Position numbers and translations under genes: made by a program. Shown here one piece after another: positions 1 to 9,672 of a stretch of DNA of 64,000 nucleotides. Source of the stretch: an uncultured Verrucomicrobiae bacterium (GTDB lineage: Bacteria > Verrucomicrobiota > Verrucomicrobiia > Limisphaerales > JAFGQR01); contig CAWBHS010000038.1 in NCBI GenBank assembly GCA_963788655.1, positions 32,001 through 96,000 on the forward strand. Reading direction: 5' to 3'. Numbering within the stretch: the stretch's first letter is position 1; the number at the start of each line of letters is the position of its first letter. The notes below the pieces were generated by a model. That model ran no database searches and had not been told where the DNA came from. It saw nothing but the letters and a program-made list of their open reading frames with translations.

Positions 1-213
1 TACGGCGAAGACATCTTCGTATTGCCCGGCGGCCTGACCCGCGTGGCGTTGAAGCAAGGTTCGCTGGTGGTCAACTCCTCCCAGGGCGGCGGCAGTAAGG
101 ACACCTGGGTGCTGGCCGACCATGCCGCGAGCGGCCAACCAAATCCAAAGGCTGAAATCCGAAATCCGAAAGCAAACCGAAAACCGAATGAAATTCAAAG
201 GCAGCAGATCTGA
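1..213 (+). CDS. C-terminal end of circularly permuted type 2 ATP-grasp protein (5' truncated by window)
   Basis: Frame 1 reads [38 protein letters not shown], the family's C-terminal motif; upstream of an alpha-E gene. Confidence 0.9.
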   Translation, partial: YGEDIFVLPGGLTRVALKQGSLVVNSSQGGGSKDTWVLADHAASGQPNPKAEIRNPKANRKPNEIQRQQI

Positions 214-330
214 AGTAGCGATCCTTCCAACACGTCACTTCAACCGCTGGGCAGCGGGGAATGGAAGCGCATGGTTCCCGGAACTGGATTTCGGTCCTTT
301 GGTTCTCGGCCTTCATTCCCGTTTATTCCC

Positions 331-1317
331 ATGCTAAGTCGGGTTGCTGAATCAATCTATTGGATGAGCCGTTATGTGGAGCGGGCCGAAAACGTGGCCC
401 GTTTCCTGGAAGTCAATTTCCTGCTGATGCTGGATGCGCCGGACGGGTTCGACCAGCAATGGAAGCCCTTGGTCAACACCACCGGCGATGCCGACGACTT
501 TGCCCAACGCTATGGGAGGGCGCACCAGGAAAACGTCATCCAGTTCCTGACGTTCGACGCCCAGAATCCGAACTCGATCCTGTCGTGTCTGCGGGCCGCG
601 CGCGAAAGTGCGCGTACCGTGCGGGAGATCATTTCCTCGGACATGTGGCTGCAGTTGAACAAGGCCTACATCATGGCGAACCATGCGGCCAATAATCCGC
701 GTACCCTGGCGTCACAACACGATTTTCTAACCGAAGTCAAAATGGCCAGCCACCTGTTTTCCGGGGTGACCAATGCGACCATGACGCACGAGGAAGCCTG
801 GCATTTCTGCCGGTTGGGTCGCATGCTCGAACGGGCCGACAAAACCTCCCGCATCCTGGATGTTAAATACTTCTACCTGCTGCGCAACGTGGACGACGTG
901 GGCACGCCCTTTGATGAGTTGCAATGGGCGGCGGTCCTGCGGTCCGCCAGCGCCCTCGAGATGTACCGCAAGCGGTACGGCCGCATTTCCCCGACCGGCG
1001 TGGTGGATTTTCTCTTGTTGGACCGGTTGTTCCCGCGGGCCATCCAGTATTGCTTGATGGCGGCGCGCGATTCGCTCCACGCCATTTCCGGCACGCCCCT
1101 GGGCGCCTTCCGCTTTCCGCACGAGCGGTTGCTCGGACAGCTTTGTTCGGACCTCTGGTACACGGCGGTGCAGGAAATCATCGACGGCGGGCTGCACGAA
1201 TACGTGGATGAACTCCAAACGCAAATGAACCAAATCGGTGCCGGCATCTTCGATACTTTTTTTGCGCTCAAGAAACCCTCCTCCACCAAGGATCGCTCCA
1301 GCCTGGCGTTGACTTGA
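331..1317 (+). CDS. alpha-E domain protein (DUF403-type)
   Basis: MLSRVAESIYWMSRYVERAEN, LGRMLERADKTSR and FPRAI motifs; ATG at 331. Confidence 0.9.
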   Translation: MLSRVAESIYWMSRYVERAENVARFLEVNFLLMLDAPDGFDQQWKPLVNTTGDADDFAQRYGRAHQENVIQFLTFDAQNPNSILSCLRAARESARTVREIISSDMWLQLNKAYIMANHAANNPRTLASQHDFLTEVKMASHLFSGVTNATMTHEEAWHFCRLGRMLERADKTSRILDVKYFYLLRNVDDVGTPFDELQWAAVLRSASALEMYRKRYGRISPTGVVDFLLLDRLFPRAIQYCLMAARDSLHAISGTPLGAFRFPHERLLGQLCSDLWYTAVQEIIDGGLHEYVDELQTQMNQIGAGIFDTFFALKKPSSTKDRSSLALT

Positions 1318-1497
1318 ACTCCCGGGAAACACTTCGTTCTTGCGCTTGCTCCGGCTCATGGTCTTGATCTCTCGGCGGGCTTGAGCCAGCGTTCGAATAT
1401 GAAACCGAGCAAGCGCAAGAGTTGATATGCGATTGGAGATTATGGTTGCCGCCTGTGGGCTGGTTGAACGGTATCTGAAGTTGATGTCGCACAGATC

Positions 1498-4017
1498 ATG
1501 AATGTTGTGTCGAACCCTGAGGTTGGGAGCGCATCGTCCGGGCTCTTCCACGACTATCTGGCAACGCCCGGTGTCTATGACGAGATGGAAACCGGACCCG
1601 GTTTACCGCGGCCGCACTGGCAGAAATTCCGGGACGCTTTGACTCAGTTTGGCGCGAGTGACATGAACACCCGCTGGAAGGACGCCCGGCGCATGCTCGA
1701 GGAACACGGGGTCACGTACAACGTGTACGCCGACGCCCAGGGCATGGACCGGCCGTGGGAATTTGACTTGGTGCCGCTGCTGATCCCGGCGGCGGAATGG
1801 CGGCAAATCGAGGCGGGGCTGATTCAGCGGGCGCATTTGATGAATACCATCCTGGCGGATTTATACGGTCCGCAACGGTTGCTGCGCGAAGGCCGTTTGC
1901 CACCCGCACTCGTGTACGCCAATCCGGCCTTCCTGCGCGCCTGCCACGGCATCCGGGTTCCGGGCGATGTTTACCTCTTCCGTTACGGTGTGGATCTTGC
2001 CCGCGCGCCGGACGGACAATGGTGGGTGCTGGCGGATCGCACTCAGGCGCCTTCCGGCGCCGGCTACGCGCTGGAGAACCGCTTCGTCATCTCCCGCGTG
2101 CTGCCGGGCCTTTACCGATCCTGTCAGGTGCAACGGCTGGCTACCTTCTTCCAAATGGAACGGGACGCGTTGCGGGGCCTGGCCACGCGCCATCAGGAGA
2201 ATCCGCGAGTGGTACTGCTGACGCCCGGCCCCTACAACGAGACGTACTTCGAACAAGTCTATTTGGCGCGTTACCTGGGATTCACCCTCGTCGAAGGCGC
2301 CGATCTGGCGGTGCGGGACCGGTGTGTGTTCCTGAAGACGCTGGAGGGATTGCAACCGGTGGACGTCATCATCCGGCGGGTGGACGACACGTTTTGTGAT
2401 CCGCTCGAATTGCGGACCGATTCGTTTCTCGGCGTGCCGGGCTTGGTCGATGCCGTGCGGGCCGGAAACGTGGCCGTGGCCAACGCCCTGGGTTCGGGGC
2501 TGGTGGAAACGCCTTCCTTGCCGGCCTTCCTGCCGGGCTTGTGCCGCCACTTGTTGGGCGAAGAACTCAAACTTCCATCGGTGGGCACCTGGTGGTGCGG
2601 CCAGGAGCGTGAATTTCAATATGTGGCCGAACACCTGGACCAGGTGGTGGTCAAACGAGCCTTTGCGTCCTCGTTTGCGGAACCGGTGTTCAGTATAAAA
2701 TTGAAGGCCAGCAAACGCGCCGCGCTGTTGGCCAAATTGCGGGCCTCACCGCTCGAATTTGTCGGCCAGGAACAGGTGGCCCTGTCGCATGCCCCGGTCT
2801 GGACGGGACGCCGGATGGTGTCGCGTCCGGTCGTTTTGCGCGCTTATGTGGCCGCGGTCGGGGATGCTTACGCGGTGCTGCCGGGTGGCCTGGCGCGGGT
2901 GTCCGCCTCGCAACGGGATCCGGTGGTTTCCATGCAGAGCGGCGGCGGTAGCAAGGACACCTGGATTCTGGCCGAAGGACCGGTGCCGATGGTCACGCTG
3001 GTGCCCAGTCTCGCGCAATCCCTCCAATTGGACACCACCGCCGCCGAAGTGCCCAGCCGGGTGGCGGAGAATCTCTATTGGCTGGGCCGTTATGCGGAGC
3101 GTCTGGAAGATACCATGCGCCGGCTGCGGTGTACCATTCGTTACCTGTCCGCCGAAGCCGGTCCGGACGCCACCCCGGAGCGCGCGGCGCTGGTGCGGAT
3201 GCTCGTCTGGCTCGGCCTGCTGCCCGCGCAATTTTGCGAACAAACGCCATTGGCCGAACTCGAAGAGGAAATCATTGCGCTCGTCAATAATGAGGAGCGG
3301 GCCGGCAGCGTACGTTATTTGCTCACCCGGATGCGCCAAATCGCCTTGATTGTCCGTGACCGATTTTCCACGGATTCCTGGCGCATCTTTTTGAAGTTGC
3401 AAACCAGTACCCGGTTGTTGCCCGGCCACGTGCGCTTGCTCGAAGTCCAGGCGCAGCTTAACGCGCTGGTGGTGGATTTGGCCGCGTTCAGCGGCATTGA
3501 AATGGAAAACATGAACCGCGGCCACGGCTGGCGGTTCCTGGACATTGGCCGGCGGTTGGAGCGGGCGCTCGCCATCGCCACCGTGATCCGGGCGGCGCTG
3601 CTCACCGAACCCGGCACCGGCGCGCTGCTGGAACCGCTGTTGATCATCGCCGATAGTGTGATGACGTATCGGCGACGGTTCTTTGCCCAGCCCCAATGGC
3701 CGGCGGTGCTCCTGCTCTTGTTGCTGGAAGAGAAGAATCCGCGCTCCCTCGCGTTCCAGTTGAAGACCCTGGCCGAGCACACCGCCGTGTTGCCCAGTGA
3801 GGCCGGGGCCTTGGGTTTGAGCCGGGAGTTGAAACAGCTTACGACCGCCCAGGAACATCTGCGGCGCATCCGCGTTCAGGACTTGTCGCATCCGCTGGAC
3901 GAGTCCCAGTCCCAACGCCTCGTGGAAACGCTGTTCACGGTGGCTGATGAAATCCGCCGGGTTTCCGACAACTTGGCCGAGCGATACTTTAGCCACACGG
4001 CCGCCCGGGTCAGTTGA
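1498..4017 (+). CDS. circularly permuted ATP-grasp protein fused to alpha-E domain
   Basis: TQAPSGAGYALENR, LTPGPYNETYFEQ, RRVDDTFCDPLEL and GGGSKDTW, followed by PSRVAENLYWLGRYAER. Confidence 0.92.
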   Translation: MNVVSNPEVGSASSGLFHDYLATPGVYDEMETGPGLPRPHWQKFRDALTQFGASDMNTRWKDARRMLEEHGVTYNVYADAQGMDRPWEFDLVPLLIPAAEWRQIEAGLIQRAHLMNTILADLYGPQRLLREGRLPPALVYANPAFLRACHGIRVPGDVYLFRYGVDLARAPDGQWWVLADRTQAPSGAGYALENRFVISRVLPGLYRSCQVQRLATFFQMERDALRGLATRHQENPRVVLLTPGPYNETYFEQVYLARYLGFTLVEGADLAVRDRCVFLKTLEGLQPVDVIIRRVDDTFCDPLELRTDSFLGVPGLVDAVRAGNVAVANALGSGLVETPSLPAFLPGLCRHLLGEELKLPSVGTWWCGQEREFQYVAEHLDQVVVKRAFASSFAEPVFSIKLKASKRAALLAKLRASPLEFVGQEQVALSHAPVWTGRRMVSRPVVLRAYVAAVGDAYAVLPGGLARVSASQRDPVVSMQSGGGSKDTWILAEGPVPMVTLVPSLAQSLQLDTTAAEVPSRVAENLYWLGRYAERLEDTMRRLRCTIRYLSAEAGPDATPERAALVRMLVWLGLLPAQFCEQTPLAELEEEIIALVNNEERAGSVRYLLTRMRQIALIVRDRFSTDSWRIFLKLQTSTRLLPGHVRLLEVQAQLNALVVDLAAFSGIEMENMNRGHGWRFLDIGRRLERALAIATVIRAALLTEPGTGALLEPLLIIADSVMTYRRRFFAQPQWPAVLLLLLLEEKNPRSLAFQLKTLAEHTAVLPSEAGALGLSRELKQLTTAQEHLRRIRVQDLSHPLDESQSQRLVETLFTVADEIRRVSDNLAERYFSHTAARVS

Positions 4018-4032
4018 TTGTCAGATTGGCGT

Positions 4033-4932
4033 ATGCGTTACCAAGTTACCCACCGCACCAGCTACGAGTACGATGACAACGTCACCCTGTCCCAGCACGC
4101 GCTGCGGCTGATTCCCCGCGACCTGCCCCGGCAGCGCCGCTTGCAGCACAATTTCCACTTCACTCCGGAACCGGCCTTGAGCTGGAACCATACGGATTAT
4201 TATGGGAACACGGTCGTTTTCCTGACGCTGGAAAAGGCGCACCGTGGGCTGGAAGTGGTTTCGTTGAGCATGGTGGACGTCGATCCGGTCACTTGGCCGG
4301 AGCCGTCCACCACGCCGCCTTGGGAACAGGTACGGGCTGCTTGCAATGGCCAGGCTGCCACTCCGGAAATTGCGGCCAGCGAATTTGTGTTTGATTCGCC
4401 GCTGCTCCGGCGCTTGCCCCCAGTAGCGGATTACGCCGTTGAATCCTTTGCGCCGGCACGGCCGGTTTTGGAAGCGGTGTTAGAACTGACGCGCCGCATT
4501 CACGGGGATTTTACCTTCGATCCGAAAGCCACCACGGTAGCCACTCCGCTCGACGAAGTGCTGCAATTGCGCCGGGGCGTCTGCCAGGATTTTGCGCACC
4601 TGCAAATTGCCTGTCTGCGCGCGATGGGTGTGCCGGCGCGCTACGTCAGCGGCTACCTGGAAACCCTGCCACCGCCGGGCCAGCCCAAACTGGCCGGCGC
4701 CGACGCTTCCCATGCTTGGTGTTCGTTCTTCTGCCCCGGCTTGGGTTGGATTGACGTGGACCCGACGAACAACCTGCTGCCCTCCGACCGGCATGTCACC
4801 ATCGGCTGGGGACGCGATTACAGCGATGTCAGTCCCATTCGCGGCGTCATCCTGGGGGCCGGTGAACACTCGCTCACTGTGAACGTGGACGTCACGGCGC
4901 TGGAGGACGGAACGCCGGTGACTCAACCATAA
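4033..4932 (+). CDS. transglutaminase family protein with bacterial N-terminal domain
   Basis: YQVTHRTSYEY N-terminus; catalytic motifs GVCQDFAH, ASHAW and DPTN; GRDYSDVSP. Confidence 0.93.
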   Translation: MRYQVTHRTSYEYDDNVTLSQHALRLIPRDLPRQRRLQHNFHFTPEPALSWNHTDYYGNTVVFLTLEKAHRGLEVVSLSMVDVDPVTWPEPSTTPPWEQVRAACNGQAATPEIAASEFVFDSPLLRRLPPVADYAVESFAPARPVLEAVLELTRRIHGDFTFDPKATTVATPLDEVLQLRRGVCQDFAHLQIACLRAMGVPARYVSGYLETLPPPGQPKLAGADASHAWCSFFCPGLGWIDVDPTNNLLPSDRHVTIGWGRDYSDVSPIRGVILGAGEHSLTVNVDVTALEDGTPVTQP

Positions 4933-5036
4933 GCTTCCGTTTGGACTGGCGGGTTGGCCGTAGCGCCAGCGTTTGTCGTGCGCCCGGTTTGTCATTACTT
5001 GCGCGAGGAGAGCGACCGTCCAATGCTCACTCAACC

Positions 5037-5170
5037 GTAGGACAGGCGTCTCGCCTGTCGCTAATCACCGAAGGCCTTCCTCACCCTTTGGTGGCGCTGA
5101 GATCGTTTGAACGACGCAACAAAATCCCATGGATTACTTCCGTCCGCGGCCGGCGGGACGCCTGTCCTAC
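5037..5170. repeat. inverted pair of REP-like palindromes, family A (GTAGGACAGGCGTCTCGCCTGTC)
   Basis: Copy at 5037-5059 and inverted degenerate copy at about 5148-5170, between convergent genes; also at 8154-8176, 8247-8271 and 18968-18990. Confidence 0.8.
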
Positions 5171-5177
5171 TGCGTTG

Positions 5178-6128
5178 TTACGGCGTTGCCAACGCTGACC
5201 GATGCCCGCGGTTTCGGGCTTCTTCGGGAGAGACGCCCTGCTGCCGCAGGTGCCGCAGACTGAGGGCATCATGACGTTTGGCCAGGCGCACGCCGTTATC
5301 ATCTGTAACCAGCGGGCAATGGAAGAACCGCGGCGGTAGCAGTCGTAAAGCCTGATACAACAGGAGTTGCCGGGCGGTGGACAACAAGAGATCCGCTCCG
5401 CGCACCACTTCCGTAATCCGCATCGCGGCATCATCCACCACCACCGCCAATTGATACGCCGGCACCCCATCGTGGCGCCACACAACGAAGTCACCGAAGT
5501 CTTTGCCTGCCGCGAACGCCTGTGGTCCCTGGCAGCCATCGCCAAACCGGATCACTTCGCCGTCTGGAACGCGAAACCGCCAATTGATCCGGGGACGCTC
5601 CCCCATGATTGCTCGCGTGGCCAAGTCGGCAGAACCGGCCAACGTGGTATCAAGAGCGGAATGAATTGCGGCTTGGTCGGTCAACGGTGTCCCCGCTTGC
5701 GGCCGACACGTTCCCGGATAAACCGGTTCTTCCTCGCCCTGGTGCGGAGCCTGTGACGCACGTTGCAGTTCTTTGCGCGAGCAGGTACACGGATAAACCC
5801 AGCCCCCGGCATGCAACTTCACCAACGCGGCAGCGTACAACTCTCGCCGCTCGCTTTGGTGGTAAGGACCGTAAGGACCGCCGCAATCCGGACCCTCCTG
5901 CCACTGGAGACCAAACCACCGCAAGTCTTCCAGCATCGCTTCCGCGAACGTTGCTTTGCTGCGGTCCGGATCCAGATCCTCGTTGCGCAGGATCAACGCG
6001 CCTCCATGCTGTTCAGCCCGTTGCTGCGCGATCCAAAAAGTTTGCGCATGCCCCAAGTGCAAGTAACCCGTCGGCGACGGTGCAAGCCGTCCACGGTAAC
6101 CTTCTGCGTTGGTAGCGGGTTGCGTCAT
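5178..6128 (-). CDS. gluQ: tRNA glutamyl-Q(34) synthetase
   Basis: RLAPSPTGYLHLGH, YPCTCSRKEL, YQLAVVVDD, VVRGADLL and RLAKR; catalytic domain only, no anticodon-binding domain. Confidence 0.9.
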   Translation of the reverse strand: MTQPATNAEGYRGRLAPSPTGYLHLGHAQTFWIAQQRAEQHGGALILRNEDLDPDRSKATFAEAMLEDLRWFGLQWQEGPDCGGPYGPYHQSERRELYAAALVKLHAGGWVYPCTCSRKELQRASQAPHQGEEEPVYPGTCRPQAGTPLTDQAAIHSALDTTLAGSADLATRAIMGERPRINWRFRVPDGEVIRFGDGCQGPQAFAAGKDFGDFVVWRHDGVPAYQLAVVVDDAAMRITEVVRGADLLLSTARQLLLYQALRLLPPRFFHCPLVTDDNGVRLAKRHDALSLRHLRQQGVSPEEARNRGHRSALATP

Positions 6129-6198
6129 CGCCTCCAGCCTAGCCAATCCGCTTTGGTTATGCGAGGGGCGGGACTGGGGTTGCTCGCGGTACGTCGCA

Positions 6199-7044
6199 TC
6201 AAAACACCACGTCGGAATTGGCCGCCAGCCACTCGGTCAAACCCGGCAACCGGAACGGTAGAATTCGTTGAACTTTGGCGCAGTTCAACGAGGTGTCCGG
6301 CGCCCGTTTCGGTCCTTGGTAATCGTGCAGTGACGCGGGCTGTATTTGGAGCTTGAACTGCGGCCAACGCGCGGCGAGCAATCGGCCAATCTGCCACCGC
6401 GAGAGCCGCTCGCTGCCGGCCAAGTGGTACACCCCTGGCTGGCTGGCCGCCACCAGCGCCCAAATCGCTTGCGCCGTCACCACGGCCGGAATGGGGCATC
6501 GGAATTCATCGGTAAACAGCCGCAAGGTTCGCCCCTTCTGCCACGCTTGGCGGAGTTGTTCATTGAAACCCCGATCACCGGTCGTGGAGGTTCCTCCGTT
6601 CAGCGACGTGCGAATGACCGTGTGTTGCGGGTTGGCGAGGACTTTCTGTTCCGCCGCCAGTTTGGTTTCGGCATACACATTGAGCGGATGGGGGCGATCG
6701 TCCTCGTCGTACTCTCCCTGTCGGCCATCAAAAACCAAGTCGGTCGAGAAGAACACGAAGGCCTTATCAATGGCCAAATCCGCCAACAGGGCGGTGACAT
6801 CCACATTCAACACGCGCGCCAGGGCCGGATTCTGTTCACAGGCCACCGTGCGAGTTAGCGCCGCGCAATGAATCACCAAGTCCGGATCGTCCTGTTCGAA
6901 CAAAAGCCGTACCGTCTGATAATCCGTCAAGTCCAACTCCGGGCGCGTCAAACCACGCACCTCCCAGTCGGGGGCATACATCGACGCCGTCCGCACCAGG
7001 TAACTGCCAATCAGGCCGCCCGCGCCGGTGATCCATGCTTTCAT
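6199..7044 (-). CDS. dTDP-4-dehydrorhamnose reductase (RmlD)-like SDR oxidoreductase
   Basis: ITGAGGLIG, HCAA, STDLVFDG and YAETK motifs. Confidence 0.85.
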   Translation of the reverse strand: MKAWITGAGGLIGSYLVRTASMYAPDWEVRGLTRPELDLTDYQTVRLLFEQDDPDLVIHCAALTRTVACEQNPALARVLNVDVTALLADLAIDKAFVFFSTDLVFDGRQGEYDEDDRPHPLNVYAETKLAAEQKVLANPQHTVIRTSLNGGTSTTGDRGFNEQLRQAWQKGRTLRLFTDEFRCPIPAVVTAQAIWALVAASQPGVYHLAGSERLSRWQIGRLLAARWPQFKLQIQPASLHDYQGPKRAPDTSLNCAKVQRILPFRLPGLTEWLAANSDVVF

Positions 7045-7400
7045 TCGTTTTGCGGCCGAAGCTTAAAGGCCAAACCTCGCCCGTCAAGGACAGTGCGAAT
7101 GGGGAGGGTCAGGTGGATTGGACTACTTGAATCGCCGATCGTTCTTGCGCCTCGCCTTAAGGGGGCCGGTTAAGGAGTATTCCCGCATGACCAAAACCCG
7201 TTTTCAAATCGTCAATCCGTTTCGGTCCGAAGATTGTTATTCCCCTGTTTCCGCCTTGGATTTTTGTTCATGGTTGCCGCATTGAATCCGCCCTGGCGGC
7301 AGACACTGACTACGCTATGCACGTCTCCGACGGTTCCGGGGGAGAGTGGAGAACGTAATGATTCAACCCCAAGCTAAAACGCGTTTTTGTTGTACAAACA

Positions 7401-7428
7401 GAAAGGCCGGAACTGATCCGGCCCTTTC
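7401..7428. terminator. GC-rich hairpin, possible intrinsic terminator
   Basis: GAAAGGCCGGA-actga-TCCGGCCCTTTC. Confidence 0.55.
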
Positions 7429-7934
7429 CTGAGAACAAATTTAATTCTTTTTCGATGCGGCGCCGCAGTTTTACGCCTGACTAGTCACACACAGATCTGC
7501 ATTTCTGCATCGCTAACAACGAAGTAAATTTACCAGATGCCTTGTCCCCTGCCAGTCACCAGGTCCTGGGGACGCGCCAATCTGGATGTTTCGCCCACTG
7601 ATGGGGAGAACGGCTTCTGCTCCACGCAAGGCTACGCAGCCTCCCGCCCCTTTGCCGGCGCTCCTGCGGGCGGATTCCCTGGTCCGAAACTCAAGCTCAG
7701 AACCATTCTGATTGCGGCCAAGTTCGGATGGCGGGCGACAATTCAGACGAGCGCCCGGCCAACCCCAGTTGAGTTGGGCGTTGAATTGATTATAGTTAAT
7801 CAGTCGCTCGTGGCGACAGGGATTAAGGGCCGGCTGCCGAAGGACTCATAAAGGTCCGAGCAGTCGGCGCGGGCAAAGTGCGCCAGGGGCGATGGGATTG
7901 TAATTAACCGTTACCAAACGAAAGGAAAGGATCC

Positions 7935-8126
7935 ATGATTCATTTGGAAATCACCTCGGAGGAATACGAACTTCTGCAGCAAGTGCTGAAGGACCAGCTC
8001 ACCAAGCTGGAAATCGAAATCAATCACACCGACCACGGCGATTTCAAGGCCTCGTTGAAGCACCGGCGGGAGGTGCTCACCAAACTGATCGAGCGGGTGG
8101 GCCAAGCCAGTTTGGCAGTTGGGTAG
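7935..8126 (+). CDS. small hypothetical helical protein (63 aa)
   Basis: AAGGA RBS upstream; amphipathic helical sequence. Confidence 0.7.
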   Translation: MIHLEITSEEYELLQQVLKDQLTKLEIEINHTDHGDFKASLKHRREVLTKLIERVGQASLAVG

Positions 8127-8153
8127 CGGGATTGGGCCGCACCCATTTCGCAA

Positions 8154-8271
8154 GTAGGACAGGCGTCTCGCCTGTCCCGAATATCCAAAGACCGTTCCTC
8201 CTCGCGTGATACGCTCCATACCTAATTGAAGGGTGGTTGGCCGTCCGGGACAGCCGGGACAGTTGACCTAC
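8154..8271. repeat. family A REP-like palindrome pair
   Basis: Exact GTAGGACAGGCGTCTCGCCTGTC at 8154-8176 and a degenerate inverted copy at 8247-8271. Confidence 0.75.
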
Positions 8272-9460
8272 CGGCTGAAGCCTTCGGCCATTTACGGGAC
8301 AGTCGTCCAAGGTGCCCGCTGCTGACCCAGAGCGCCAGGGCGCATTTTTCAATGAAATAGAAGTCCGCTGGGCACCACGGCACGTCGATAAAGGTCAAGA
8401 CCGGCTCGGCCGGTAATTGTTCCACCAACACAGCTCCCGCAAACAGTGCGCGCGAAAAGTGCAACGGGTTCGTGTAATTCTCACCCCCAATCAGCCGGTC
8501 ACCAAAAGCCAGATACCACCCATTTCGCTCCTGCCGAAACGCTTGCAAGTAAGCGGCACCACGGCCGTCGGTCCACTTGTGCAGGGCCTGACCAACTTCC
8601 GGAACCAAATCGCAGTAGCGACTCAACCGGAAGTTGTGGAGCCCCTTGGTCGCCAGATTGGAGTGCTCCAGAATCCCCGGATTCACCCGCTCCAGATTCA
8701 CTCGCAGCTCCAACAATTGCCGAGCGCGAGCTTCCGCGTGGCGTTCTGTCGTTTCGTCGCCATTCAGTTTCGCCAGGCGAACCACTCCCAACAACCCCGC
8801 CAAATCACCGTTCAAGGTTTCGGGTTCGCCTTGCTTGAAATCCCGGCGGTTAATATCGAAAACATAATCCTTTGCCAACAGTGGCTTGACGCGGGCTTTG
8901 ATCCGCGGCCAATGCTCGCGGGCAAGCTCCGCGTCCTGGGCATAATGGCACCACGCCCAAAACGCATACACCCCAAACGCACTGGCCGCTTTGCCTTTGC
9001 CCAGACGGCGCAGATTGTCCGGCACGGTGTACGATTCGCGCGGCCGGCCTAGGCGATTGTCCCATCCGTCCACCGCGTAAGGTGGAGCGACGTTCGCTTG
9101 CGCCCGCATGAAGGTTTTCACCCGCTCGCCCGTAGCGTCCGACAAGAACGGCCAGGCCAACGCCAGCGAGTAAAACATTTCGTCAGGATGATTGAAATAG
9201 ACCTCGTAGCCGCTGATCCCGAGCGTGTGGTGAAATGGTCGAAACGGAAAGGCCGCGAGTAATTCTTCGATATGACGTTCGAGTTTGGCGCGGCAACGAA
9301 TGGCTTCGGGAGCGACCGGAGAAGTCCCCAAACGAGGTGTCTGACTAAAAAACTCACTAACATCCTTGTTAGTGAGTTTGGCCGGGTTGGCAGGTGAAAT
9401 CCGGTTAACTTCGCCGACAATATTTTGGCCGCTGGTAAAGTCAATCCCGAAATTGCACAT
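8222..9460 (-). CDS. hypothetical protein, probably exported and alpha-helical (start uncertain)
   Basis: Long ORF; the 5' part of the 536 aa call overlaps a repeat and the upstream gene, so the start is placed near ATG 9460. Confidence 0.65.
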   Translation of the reverse strand: MCNFGIDFTSGQNIVGEVNRISPANPAKLTNKDVSEFFSQTPRLGTSPVAPEAIRCRAKLERHIEELLAAFPFRPFHHTLGISGYEVYFNHPDEMFYSLALAWPFLSDATGERVKTFMRAQANVAPPYAVDGWDNRLGRPRESYTVPDNLRRLGKGKAASAFGVYAFWAWCHYAQDAELAREHWPRIKARVKPLLAKDYVFDINRRDFKQGEPETLNGDLAGLLGVVRLAKLNGDETTERHAEARARQLLELRVNLERVNPGILEHSNLATKGLHNFRLSRYCDLVPEVGQALHKWTDGRGAAYLQAFRQERNGWYLAFGDRLIGGENYTNPLHFSRALFAGAVLVEQLPAEPVLTFIDVPWCPADFYFIEKCALALWVSSGHLGRLSRKWPKASAGRSTVPAVPDGQPPFN

Positions 9461-9559
9461 CAGGCAGCAAATCAGCTCAACCAACAGAGAACAGCCAGCC
9501 AGCCGCCGCGGCCAATTGCGGGTGCGAGACTGAACTGGCCACCGAACACTGCGGACAAC

Positions 9560-9644
9560 GTAGCAGCCGAGGTGACGAGGCTCTGATTTCTTCTGACTGC
9601 GCTGTGACTTGGCGGATGTCAGAGCATCGTCACCTCGGCTGCTA
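9560..9644. repeat. inverted repeat, family D (GTAGCAGCCGAGGTGACGAGGC)
   Basis: 9560-9582 pairs with 9623-9644; related copy at about 18652-18680. Confidence 0.7.
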
Positions 9645-9672
9645 GTAGTTTGGGGATGGTTTCTCGACAATC

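Noticed and set aside
7045..7934. tmRNA, RNase P, SRP or tRNA
   Set aside because: Diagnostic motifs not found by eye; reported only as an unknown structured region
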